The position numbers and the translations under genes are program-made. Below, one piece after another: positions 12,353 to 25,000 of a DNA stretch of 64,000 nt. The DNA comes from Mobula hypostoma. Taxonomy: Eukaryota. Position 1 is the stretch's first letter; each line of letters opens with the position of its first letter. The notes beneath the pieces are model-generated. The model made no database searches. It had not been told where the DNA came from and was given only the letters and a program-made list of their open reading frames with translations. The stretch is from contig NC_086107.1 in assembly GCF_963921235.1 (NCBI RefSeq), forward strand, positions 103,542,001 to 103,606,000, written 5' to 3'.

Positions 12353-15300
12353 TTTAACTATACATATTTATTTGGGAAGGTGGTTCAGCCAGTCTCAAAA
12401 TCTGGACCAGTTTCCAGTTTCCCAGGATCCCAAAGCTGTTTTTTTCCACTCTCCTGCATTTCTTCCTCCTGTTGTTTTCAAACCAGTTTTGGTGTCTGTT
12501 ATATTGTAGCCTGTCTCCTTTACCTGCCCGCCTCGTGTAGGCACTAATAGTACCTGCTTCCTTTCTGGTTTTCTTGTTCTAGACGAAGATGATTCCTGCT
12601 CTCAGAGTGTAGCTGCATTAATACAATTTGCTTATATAAAAATCTAGCCCTTGGAGCATAACTTTTGCACTAAATTTGCATCGAGCTAATTTGCTTCAAA
12701 GGAGACATGCATAGTCACTACATTACTTGTGGCATTGTGTATGGCTTGAAACAAGTATCACCCATAGAACAGGAAATCTCTCACTCACTTGATACTATGA
12801 AGCTTGGCTTTTGATCTTGTTGCATTCTGTTATGTTACTTTTCTGAAACTTGGACTGATTCATGGGAAACCTGTATAAATGTAAGAATGTAATTTTCTAA
12901 TAGGTTTTGAATCCTTTTGGTTATAGTTTCTGGTTGCCAGACCACATCTAGAGTTGTTGCATAAAATTTTAGAAGTTCAGTATATGTTTAACTTATTTTG
13001 CATTTCATACCCAGGTAGTTCTTTTGTGTGTAGTTTATCTTTTCTCCAGTGCCGAACTGAACTCAAATTGTAAAATGCTCGTGTCTTGATTGTGTGAGCT
13101 ATATCTCCTCCCCCAAAGGCATTTTGCTGTGCTTTAGGTTTTATGGGCATGCTGAGCACAGGAGTGAAGGGGTGTAGGACAGAGCCTGGTACTCCTGCCC
13201 ATGATGTTACTCATAGCGTGGAGAGGAAGTGCAGCTTTTCTTATGGGCGGAGAAACGGAAGAGAGCGGTGACCACTTCTGCACATTTCAGCTATTGATTA
13301 GGATCGTAAAGTGATACAGCACAGGAGGTTGCCGTTTAATTAACCTGGCCCTAGCTGCCTTATTAAAGGCAACAGTCCATTGGTCCAGCACATCACCTTT
13401 TACAATAATGCAAGTGGTTCCCTTAAAGTATGTATCCAGTTTACTTTTGTTTGGTGTGTTGCAGGCCAAAATAGTTTGTATATTTAAATCTCTAAAACAG
13501 AAACTCCTCCTTTAAGTCCTAAAGCAACTCAGCAGGTCAGGCTGTAAACGGTCAACGCTTTGGGCCGAGATCCTTCAGCAGGACGTTGCTGAAGGGTCTC
13601 GGCCCAAAACGTCAACAGTGCTCTTTTCCATAGATACTACCTGACCTGCTGAGTTCTTCCAGCACTGTGTGTGTGGTGACGTATAAGTGATGTGTTTGCC
13701 TTGGTTCTTGGCCTCTTGTGTTCAACAGTGCCTTGTTCTAGTGTAAGGAGTGGTCATTGTTCATATGTACATTTTGAGATTGGTGCAGTGCTAGAGTACA
13801 AAGTTTGACAGAGGTGTAACTCTGCATCTGATCTTGCTGTATACATCAGGGAGTAGATGATGGGCTGCAGTTATTTGCTGTGGGACGCACACCACTACTT
13901 CCGCAATTCGTAATTAATTTATTACAAATTTCACCTTAAAGGATGGGGCTGCAGTCTGTGAGGTTGTTAGGGGACAAATTTGTTTTTGCAGTGAAAGTTA
14001 TTGAAGTTGTCTCAAACCAGACGTGTGCACAACTAAAGAACCCACTCTTCAAACTGGATCACTTTATAGCATGTAGCTTTACAGCGCCAGTGAACCGGGT
14101 TCATATCCCACCGCTGTACATTCTTCCCACTTCCTCTGGGTGCACTGGTTTCCGAAGGCGTACAGTAAAGGTTAGTAGGTTAATTGGTCATATGGTGCAG
14201 GCTGCTTGGGAACAGAAAAGGCCCATTACTGTGCTATATCGCTAAACACATAAATAAAATGCAGATAGCATTAATGTGTATATGATGGACATAAGGGGAG
14301 ACAAAGTTTTAACCCCTTTGAACCAGTCCACCCATATAATAAGGTTGATCTCTTTATACTTAGGGATACCCCCCCCCCCAGTAACCTTGCTGATAAAAGA
14401 AAGATCTATTTCTATTGTATAAGTTTTCTGTGAATAATTGAAGTTTTGGGAGAAGATGTTCCAGATTTGGAATGAAACGGCATAAGGAATAGCATCAGGG
14501 TGTACAGCCTAATCTAATTTTCAGGCTTAACTCCTGTTTTCATGCCTGAAAACCATAACCACTGATTTCCCCCCACAATCCAAAAACCTGTCTCTGACTT
14601 GGCATTCACAGCTCTCTGTGGTACGCTCTGTGAAAAGGTACTCCCTAAACAACCTGGTTCCAATTTTAAGCTTTTATGTCTCTCTAATCCAATATTTTAA
14701 TTTTTTTGTACCTTTTTAATCATCTTGAACAACTCACAGAGGTCCCCATTATTACTCAAAAGAAGTCAAACAGAAGCTTTGGAACCTACAAAGAAGATTC
14801 ATGGTTTATGAGTTTGTATTTCAATTTAATTTTTGTTTATTTTTGTTGCTGATTTTACGTAGGGCTACGCACTGTAGTGGTGAGTGGCCAGTCTTTATCC
14901 AGACTTGTACACCTCTTGTGTGGGGTTACAACAGGAAGGACTTGTAAAGTCCATTAACTTTACGATCTATAATGAAATGTTATTCTTCCAATGGCAATCC
15001 ATTCTAAAAAAGCCCTGGAATTCCTTCTCTAAAAATTTCTGTCCCTCACTTCCTCCCTTGACAATTCTCTAAAACACCTCACTGTGACAGTCAGTCAATT
15101 GCCCTATCTGCTATCTGGCATGGCTCAGAATCTATTGATTTGATGCATATATAAATTGAATGGTCAGTTTTATTTTGCAAGGTGGAGAAATCTTAATCCA
15201 GAGGTCATAGGCTTAAGCTGAGAGGAGAAAGACTTATTTATTGAGATACAGTGTGAAATAACTGCTTCGAGCCACACCACCCAGCAATCCCCCAGTTTAA

Positions 15301-15987
15301 TCCTAGCTTAATCATGGGACAATTCACAATGACCTATTAATTTACCAATTGGTACGTCTTTGGACTGTGGGAGGAAACCAGAGCAGCCGGAGGAAACCCA
15401 CGCGGTTACAGAGAAAACAAAAACTCCTCACAGACAGCGGCAGGCCCTAACCTAATCACAGGACAATTTACAATGACCGATTAACATACCAACCGGTACG
15501 ACTTTAGACTGTTGGAGGAAACCCACACAGTCACGGGAAGAACGTGTAGATCCTTGCAGATGGCAGCAGGATAATAGTAACATGAGGGGCATTTTTCTTT
15601 ACCTGAAGAGCGGTATGTATGTGGAATGAGCTGCCAAAGAAAGTGCCAGACAGGTTCAATTAGAATGTTAAAAAACATTGGATTGGTAAGGATGCAGGGC
15701 TTCCCAACACGGGGTCCACAGACCCCTCAGTTAATGGTAGGGGTCCATGGCATAAAAGGGGTTGGGAACTCCTGGTTTAGAGGGATATGGGCCAAATGCA
15801 GACAAATGGGATGGACTCAGATCGCCAACTTCGTCAACATGAATGGGTTGAGTTGAAAGTCCTGCTTCCACACTGTCTGACTCAGAGTATCCTTGTTTGA
15901 TCGTGCTGTTGCGAAGTATCGTGATGTTCTGATGCATTGATATAAGTGAAGGTTGTTGCTATGGTTTAACTTTTCTCACTCTTCCAG

Positions 15988-16043
15988 CTCTGAAGAGTCC
16001 TGCTGCATTTCACGAACAGAGGAGAAGCTTGGAAAGGGCACGG
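15988..16043 (+). CDS. MRTFA: MRTF exon, RPEL1-2 linker ([18 protein letters not shown])
   Basis: cttccag|CT CTG AAG...GCA CGG|gtaagc; 56 nt, phase 1 to 0; not in the ORF track. Confidence 0.95.
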
Positions 16044-19000
16044 GTAAGCAATATTTAAATCTTGCTTCTGAATGTTGTTTCTGCCTTTTTGCACAGACTT
16101 GAGCACAAAAAGTTTGTTAGTGAGTTGAACCCTGTTCTTGCCAAAGCCACCATTAAACTGTTATAAACAAACAAACATGCTTCTTGCTAGGTTAAAGAGC
16201 AACTTAATAGAGATGTTAATATTGATGTGTTCCTGAGATAGCAGTAAAGATTTCCCAGGATGATAAATCTAACAGTCAAATGAGCAATTCAAGAGTAATT
16301 CTTTTCTTAGAAAGTGCTTGCCATTGGGAGCTCATCACCAAATAGTGGATGGGTTGCCAGTCATGTAGGGTGCTTTGTACTGGATGTAGTAAGCTTGAGT
16401 GTTGAAGAAGCTGCATTTATCTGGACAAGTGCAGACTATCCCTTCACTCTGATGAGTTGTGTGGGGTGGGGGGAGAGGCTCTGAGAAGTTGTGCAATTTT
16501 CTCCTTGCAAGATGCCCCATCTCTTGCCCTTGCAGCCACTGTTTTTTGTGGCTCCACCTGGCAGCAATTTACCAAGGTGGCTTCAACAGCACTTCCTGCA
16601 TCTGCAGCCTGCGAAGGTAAAGGTGTGTGGGAGTGCTGTTGCTTACCGGATTCCCTCCGAGTCTCCCAGTACTTGAATTTGGAAATAGGTTAGCATTCCT
16701 TCGTTGTTGCTTGGTCCAAAATGTGGAGCTCCTAGCCAGTAGTACTGTGTCAATACTACCATCTTGTAAACTGCAGAAGCTCAGTAATCCAGCTCACCAC
16801 TGCCTTAAAGTTAGAGTGATGCCTATGCTCATATTATCAAATGAATGGAGAAAATGTTGGAGAAAGCTTATGCAATGAAAAGGCTGCAGCATTGTTGGAC
16901 CTCAGTATATAAACACATTGCAGATGGCCCATTGCCTCTAAGTTCTGTAATTTAAATTGCAAACTTAATGGTGCTATGAATGGACCTTCAGCATAGGGCA
17001 CACATGTCCCACGGAACTGATGCCTTGCATATTTACCTGTCTGTATCATCTCACCTGCGTCAGATGTGGAGGGTTAAAAAAAAGTGCTTAGAAGCTAAAA
17101 TGTTTGGAAGGTAAATACCTTGCAGTGTGCAGAACACCACTTTAGCTACGTAAAGCACACAAGAACACACTTTTAGTCAGCAGGAAATGTTGCTCATTAA
17201 TTCTAGGAAAATGGGGGCAGAGAGAGACACAACATGGAAGCAGACCCTGCAGTGTCTCTGCTGACCATCAACACCCATTTTCAATAATACGTGAATCCCA
17301 TTTTCTTTCTCCCCACCCTCTCCCGGATTTTATCACTCACATATACACTAGGCAGACATCCCACCCTGCAAAAACTCATTTCAGGGAGGTAGCACCATCA
17401 ATTTGGGGGAGACCTCCGGGAGAGGTGGGATGTCTGCAATAGAGTAGCTCCTTAGCAGCTGGCCAGCTAGTTTAAATAATGTTAGCTATGCTAATGAACG
17501 AATGGCACCTGTTAAACGCACCTCAACAGTCTTAACCCACCATGGGCAATAGAAAAGTCACTGTTGCAAACAGCGCAGCGAGCAATACTGTCATTATTTT
17601 TGACCCTATTAGGCAGGGGTACACTTTAGGGTAGTCTGGGGTGACGTACGTTTTATATTTTTTTTGGAACACTGCCACTCTGACCTTTTTTGGAACTCTC
17701 TCGCTCTTGCTCTCGCTCTCTCTCTATCGCGCGTGCTCTCACTCGTGCTTGCTTTCTCGCTCTTGCTGCTCGCGCTTGCTTGCTCACGCTCTCTCTCACG
17801 CGCGCTCTCTCTCTCACGCGCGCTCTCTCTCTCGCGCTCTCTCGTGGTCACGCTCGCGCTTTCTTGCTCTTGCGCTCGCTCTCTCACGCTCGCTCTCAAA
17901 AAATTCAATTTCCGGGACATTGTATATAATTTTACAGGCATCAGGGAGCCACTATTAATATGCGGGAGACTCCCGGAACTTGCGGGAGACTCCCGGAACT
18001 TCCGGGAGAGGTGGGACGTCTGACTAGTACACTAGGGACATCTTACAGCAGCCGGTTAACTTACTGACCCAATGATAAACGGTGGGAGAAAACTGGAGCA
18101 CCCGGAGGAAACACACACAGTCACGAGGGGGAGGGGGTAGATGGGGTTACAAACTCCGGCAATGGCTAAGGTCGGAATTGAACCTGGTTGCTAGAGCTGC
18201 AACACTACACCACTCCATGTTCACAATGCCATTTAAAAAAAAGTTCCTGCTGGACTCAGTCCACAAACTAAGTGAGCAACAGAGGAGCAAGATGACCCAC
18301 TGTGGCCTTGAGAGCTTTAAACTGCTTGACTGTGGAGATAGCATCTGGTGAATTAATTCGCTAAGGAGTGGAGCTATGGAGAGTATCAGCACAGTTCATA
18401 GATGTAACTTTGACACTGCCATGTGCCAACATCATGGACCTCCTGGATCCTCAGTGTAACCAGCTGTTTTTGTAAAATTGCAGACTGAAGACTATTTAAA
18501 GAGAAAGATACGGTCACGTCCAGAGAGAGCAGAGTTGGTCAGAATGCACATACTTGAAGGTAAGATGTATGGGATCATACACTTCTATGGCATGTTCTAT
18601 GTAAAACCCGCTGTGAATCTTAGAGTGCGACATCCTAAAATGCTAAATGGAAATGTGTACAGATGGCCAGAACTAATTAAAATAAACTTAATTTTTTTTC
18701 CCATTTTATATTGTTGAGTTTTGTAAGTTTCCTATTTAGCCATCGAAAGCATTTGTTATACCGAAGAGGAAACTGGCAATTCCATAAAACTGCTGAGACT
18801 AGGTAATTTTATTAAACTGCTGGGACTTTTCAACTTGATTAAGGAAACAGAGGTGAAATACAGTTTAGCCATGCTCCAACAGGATGCTGGGGAACAAAAA
18901 CTTGAGGCAAATCGATCTCCTGATACAGGACTTTGGCTGAGTCTGAGTACAGCACATAGTAACCATTTGGTTCAATAGCTGTACGGCTGTCCAACCAGAT

Positions 19001-22000
19001 CATTAGCTGCCTACTACATCTCTCCCTATTCAACAAATATTCTTCTGTTCTGTGCACCAAAATGGATGTCTTTATATTCCTCCACATTGTATTCCGTTTG
19101 CCGTGTTCTCATTCTATTTGCCCATATCCCCTACGCCTCTCCTTTCTACCCACATCCTACCGAGTGTACAGTCAGCAGTAAGGATATAAATATAATATTT
19201 GGTGTCTTCAGCCAAATCGTTGATGTGACTTGTGAATGGCTGGGGCCCAAGTACGAGCCCCTTTACTAACCCACCAGTCATAAGCTGCCAGCCTGAGAGG
19301 GAACTGTGCATGCCCATTCTTTGCTTTCAATCCAATAACCAGTTCTGTGTTTACGTCAGAACAAGCCGTTAATTCTGAGCTCTAGCCTTGTTGTTAAATC
19401 CCCCCTGCGGAACTTCATAGAAAACCTTCTAAAATGCAAGTACGTAATTTCCTCATTTTTCTCTCATCCATTATTCACTTCCTCAAAAGAGGCCCACAGA
19501 TTAATTAAACTGAAATCCTGCTTAAATTCATGTTGTCTGCTTAATTCTACAAGATGACTATAGATTTTAGCACATCTATTATCACTCTTGGGCTAACAGG
19601 TTGGTAGTTCCAATTTTTGTCTGTCTCACCTTTCTTATCTAGTGGGGTTACATTTGCTTTCTTCCTTTTCATGTGATCGTCCAGAATCTATGGAACTACA
19701 GAAGGTCAATACCCAGTGTGTTCATGGACTCTCAAGCCATCTCTCAAAACAAGTGGAAATTATCGAGACTCTGGAATTTGTCCGTTTTCTAGCTCACCAT
19801 CTTCTCTAGAATTCATCATCATCATTATTATGTACCATGTCATATGTTGTGGGCACTCATGGTCCATGACCTATGATAGTTCTTGGCAAATTTTTCTACA
19901 GAAGTGGTTTGTCATTGCCTTTTTCTGGGTTGTGTCTTTACAAGACGGGTCACCCCAGCCATTATCTTCAGAGATTGTCTGCCTAGTATCAGTGGTTGCA
20001 TAACCAGGACTTGTGATAACCAACTGCTCATGCAACCATCCACCAGCTGCTCCCACGGCTTCACGGGACCCTGTTCGGGAGGCTAGGCAGGTGCACACCT
20101 TGCCCAAGGGTGACCTGCAGGCTAGTGGAGTGAAAGAGCACCTGACACCTCCTTTGTGGCTACGTACAGCTCCAACACCATATACAAGTTTGCTGATGAT
20201 GCCACTGTTGCGGGCTGTATCAAAGGCGATGATGAATCAGATTGAAAATTTGGCTGAGTGGTACTATGACAACAATCTCTCACTCAGTGTCAATAAGACC
20301 AAGGAACTGATGTAGCCTTCAGGAAAGGGAAACCAGTGGTCATGAACCAGTACTCATCAGAGGATCAGAGGTAGAGAGGGTCAGGGTCAATAATTTTAAA
20401 ATTCCTGGGTGTCACTATCTTTCCTGGACCCATCATGTAAGTGTAATTGCAAATAAAGCACAACAGCATCTCTACTTCCTGTAGAGAATTGGCATGTCAT
20501 CAAAAACCTTGGCAAAACTTCCATCAAGGTGTGGTGGAAAGTGGCTGACTGCCTGCTCTTCCTTCTTCCCTTTCTCCCATGGTCCACTCTCCTCTCCTAT
20601 CAGATTACTTCTTCTCCAGCCCATTACCTTTCCCACCCACCTGGCTTCACCTATTACCTTCTAGCCGGTCCTCCTTCCCCTCCTCCCCTTTTTATTCTGG
20701 TGTCTGCCCCCTTCCTTTTCACTCCTAAAAGTCTCATACCAAAATGTTGACAGTTTATTTATTTCCACAGATGCTGCCTGATCTGCTGAGTTCTTCCATC
20801 ATCTTGTTTGTGTTGCTTTGTATACCTATGCTAGTTATAAACACTGATCATTCACCCAGTTAACCACAGCTGATCCCCTCATACCTGATAGTTTCCTTTG
20901 CTTAGATTTAAAAGAATCAAGGTATTGATGGGCAGGTGAGAGGATAAATTGCAGAGATGCAGAGAAATAGGGAGAGGGGGAATGGGATTGATGAGAATAT
21001 TCTATTGGAAGCCTCTGGGCTGAATGGCTTCCTTCTGTTTTAATCATTAAATACACAAAATTGTAAAATCACAAATTGGCCAGCAAGTTCAGAGGAATAA
21101 GACATGCAGCAGGCATTGAGAATCCCCAGAACCTATTCTTTAGTTGCACCACATCATACAATAACATATTGACATCAGTTCCCTTTGTGATCAGTTCCCC
21201 TATAGAACCTCTAAGTCACCCCAAAAGTTAAAGTTGGTAATTTACAACCATGGTGTAATAATGAATTGCTAATTATTCATGCAGAACCCATCAGCGTCTC
21301 CATTCTGGGTCACAGATTCTCAATTCTCTATATTGTTCCTGTTGTTTTCTCTATATTATTGATGGTTTTAAACATGTCAGGTTTTAATATTTCATTAGGC
21401 TTCCTTTTGTTACCATCAATGTATTCATTTTCTTTATTTTTCCTTTTTTTACCCCTAATTTGACTCTGATTTACCATGTTCCTCCCAACAGTTTTTCTTC
21501 CTGAGTGTGAAATCTCATTGGTTGGGGAGGTAGACTGTTGGGCCCCATTGCTTGCCCTGCTGCTCTGTTATCATATTTCCAGCAAATTAGACCAGAAATT
21601 TTCTTTAGCTGAAGACTGCTGACACGGTCCCACAGGATCCAGTACGATGTTCCTATCTGATCACCTCACTCTAGACCCATCTATTGAAAAGTGCCAGAGG
21701 AATGAAGTGGGAGAGTTTTAGGTCAGAATTTGTACCTCTGCTTTGTGCGGAGGAAAGAACAAATGCTGATTGTGGAGAGAGTACTTCCACTGGAGTATTG
21801 GCACATTTATTGGTCGATGTGCACTTGTGAATTGCTGATGTGCTGTGAGCTGGCAATTCTCAAAGGGAGCGTAGCCCAGCAGGACCACGCTGCTGGGAAG
21901 GCTAGCATTGTATTACAGGCTGTGCTTCACACTTACAGCAGGACTGTGTGTGAAGGAGTAATACTTAAACCTTCTCAGCACAGCTGCTAAATAACCAGTT

Positions 22001-25000
22001 TTCTGGTTCCTGTGCTCAGTCCTCTGCTCATTTCAAGAGTTATTGTTAAAGCAAGTAGGAAGAAGGGGAAAAAACTCTGAATCATGCATGTGTTCCTTAA
22101 AATCAGAAGGGAATTCGAGTCACTCTGCTGAATGTTCATGCACTTTTTCCTTGTTTGCTGGAGCCTTTCGCTATTCCGCTGTTTGGTCAATTTAAATGCT
22201 GGCCCGGATAGACTGAAAAGACAGGGTGTCGATCAGGACGAGAGCCGATTTCGTTCACTCTCAGCGACGGTCAACTCCATGGCGCTGAGGCTATGAAGAC
22301 TGCCCTGGCTGCTGTGCTCCATGCCCTCTAATATGATGAACTGATAACTGAGGCTTTGGGCCTACTCCAGGCTGCTCTGGGGTTCGAATCTGAGGACTCA
22401 ATTTTGGTTCGGAATGCTGTTGTTTGCTTCAATTGTTTGCATGATTTGTATTTTTTTTTGTGTATCGGGTGTTAGTCTTTTATTTTTTTTTCTTTAAATT
22501 GGATTATTTCTTGCGTTGTGGCTACCTGTAGCCAAGTAAATCTCAAGGTTCTATCATTTATACATTCTTTGATAATAAATATACCCCATTTGAACTCTTC
22601 ATATTGACGGGTGGCAGCATGGAGATACATCTCTACCAAAGAAGGTACAAGACACTCCTTCCCACCTCTAGCTTGCGGGTCACCCTTGGGCAAGGTGTAG
22701 CACCTGCTTAGCCCCCCAGTCAGAGTCACGTGAAGCCATGGCAGCAGGTGGTGGATGGTCGTATGAGCAGCCGGTGCAGATCACAAGTCTCACTTATGCA
22801 ACCACTGACGCCAGGCAGACAACAGACAATCTCTGAAGAGTATTGATCATGGCTGCGGTCGCCTGTCTTGTAAAGACACTGCCCAGAAGAAGGCAATGGG
22901 AAATCACTTCTGTTGAAAAATTTGCCAAGAACAGTCATGGTCATTGTTAGATCATGAATACCTGCATGATATGACACGGCACATAACGACCGAACATATC
23001 AAATGATTCTGATACAATTCTGTAGATTAATCTTTAAATAAGTTGCCTTTCAATACAATACTTCAATTGATTTTAATATAGGAAATTTTGTTTGCCAATA
23101 TATCCTCAGATAAAGCTAGATTCACATAAAGCAACAATTTTTTAACTGAAAAAGGTTGTGAAGTGGGATCTCAAGCAGAGCCTAAAGAGTGAACACAATG
23201 GTTGCTGTACTGAAGTTACTTAATTGAAAACATAAGTGACCTAAGACTGTACCAGGCAACAGTACAAATTGATTGGTTACACGATTCATTTGGATTTACA
23301 TTACTGCAAAAAAACAGACTCATCAGTTAAATTCAAGACCTCTAGCTTCCATGGTTTAAAAAATATTTCCCCAGTTTCCTGTGGATAGAGATAAAAGGGA
23401 ATTTGATTTAGAAGGATGAGTGGTGTTACACATAGCAATTAATATTACATCTTGTGGATCCTATTAATTGTCTGGTTGCTTTTATTATCAAAGTTGCCAC
23501 TTTCATTTTTTTAGTCCATCTAATAAAGAGCAATATTGGGCAAAAGTGTGAAATTTTGAGCTCACTTGTCCCAGTGAGGTACTTCTGCACCAAGCTCAGT
23601 CCAGTGCTGTTCTGAATCCAACTGAAATCTCCTGGGCTTTGATTTTCTTTTCTCTATCCCATCTGCAAGGATGGCAGCCTTGGGACAGGTCCAGCAGCTT
23701 ACTCAGATTGTTGCTCTTGAGCTTTGAGTGTTGATGGTGCTTAGTCCTGTGGGGCTTTTAATGCCAGAGTTTGCAGCTGTTTTCTTCAGGGCAAATAGCA
23801 GCTATTTGGGAAAGTGTGACGGGTGAGCAATCTGGACCAGGGCCAACATCATTAATTCTGCATCCAACTGGCCACCTGTGGATACCTTGCATCTCCGCTT
23901 GCTGAAGTATGATTTTAACACACAAAGCTGTGGCTCAAAACTGCCAAGTCAACACATTGACCTTCTGTTTATTGGTCTCTTGGCTGTCTCTACTGAAAGC
24001 CCTTAACCACTTGCAAATTTCTACAGATGTACAGTGGAGAGCATTCTAATTGGCTACATCACTGTCTGGTATGGGAGGGGGATGGTGGTTACTGTGCAGG
24101 ATCAAAGTAAGCTGCAGAGAGTTATAAACTTAGTCAGCTCTATCATGGGCACTAGCCTCCATAGTATCCAGGACATCCTCAAGGAGCGATGACTCAAAAA
24201 GGGATGTCCATCATTAAGGACCCCCATCACCCAGGTCATGCTCTTCTCATTGCTACCATCAGGAAGGAGGTACAGAAGTCTGAAGGCACACACTCAATGA
24301 TTCAGGAACAGCTTCTTCCCCTCTGCCATCTGATTTCTGAATGGACATTGAACCCATGAACACCACCTCACTCTCTTTTATTTCTATTTTTGCACTACTT
24401 ATTTAATCTAACTATTTTATATATCTGTACTTACTGTAATTCACAGTTTATATGCTATTGTTATGTACTGCTGCCACAAAGTCGACAAATTTCACAACAT
24501 ATGCCGGTGATATTAAACCTGTTTCTAATTCTGAACTTTAATTCTTGCTTTGTTAATTTTCTTTCCTTGATTGGCTTCTAAATAGCATAGTGATTAATGG
24601 CTCTTGCCTTTCCTGATATATTCTAATTTGTATGTTAGCTTTTTAATCCTTAAAGTTTCTCTGACTTGTAGCCTACTATGTTGTTTTGTGAGCCTGCTCT
24701 TAATTCACCCTTAAAATTCCAAGTTGCTATTTAAAAAAATCTGTAGACCTTTCTGTGTACCTCTCTGGATACCAACATAGTAGGGTAGTGCAGAACCAGA
24801 GAAATATCAGTTTAAAATGTATTCAATCCTGGGATGCAGGCATCACTGCGTTGCCAGTATTGCGTAGTGGTTAGTATAATGCTTTGCAGCACCAGCTTAA
24901 GGTTGGGGTTCGACTCCCATCACTGTCTTTAAGGAATCGGTATGCTCTACCGTGACCATGTGGATTTCCTCCAGGTGCTCTGGTTTTCTCCCATGTTCCA

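Noticed and set aside
1..15987. RPEL1 exon (VLQLKLQQRRTREEL...) and start exon
   Set aside because: Searched by eye and not found; the LKLQKR match near 8167 does not continue. Probably upstream of the window.
17684..17693. CArG consensus CC(T)6GG suggesting SRF autoregulation
   Set aside because: Homopolymeric, inside a transposon, expected by chance.
17609..18023. RE/AR- and LS-rich ORFs
   Set aside because: Translation of the (CT/CG)n tract inside a MITE.
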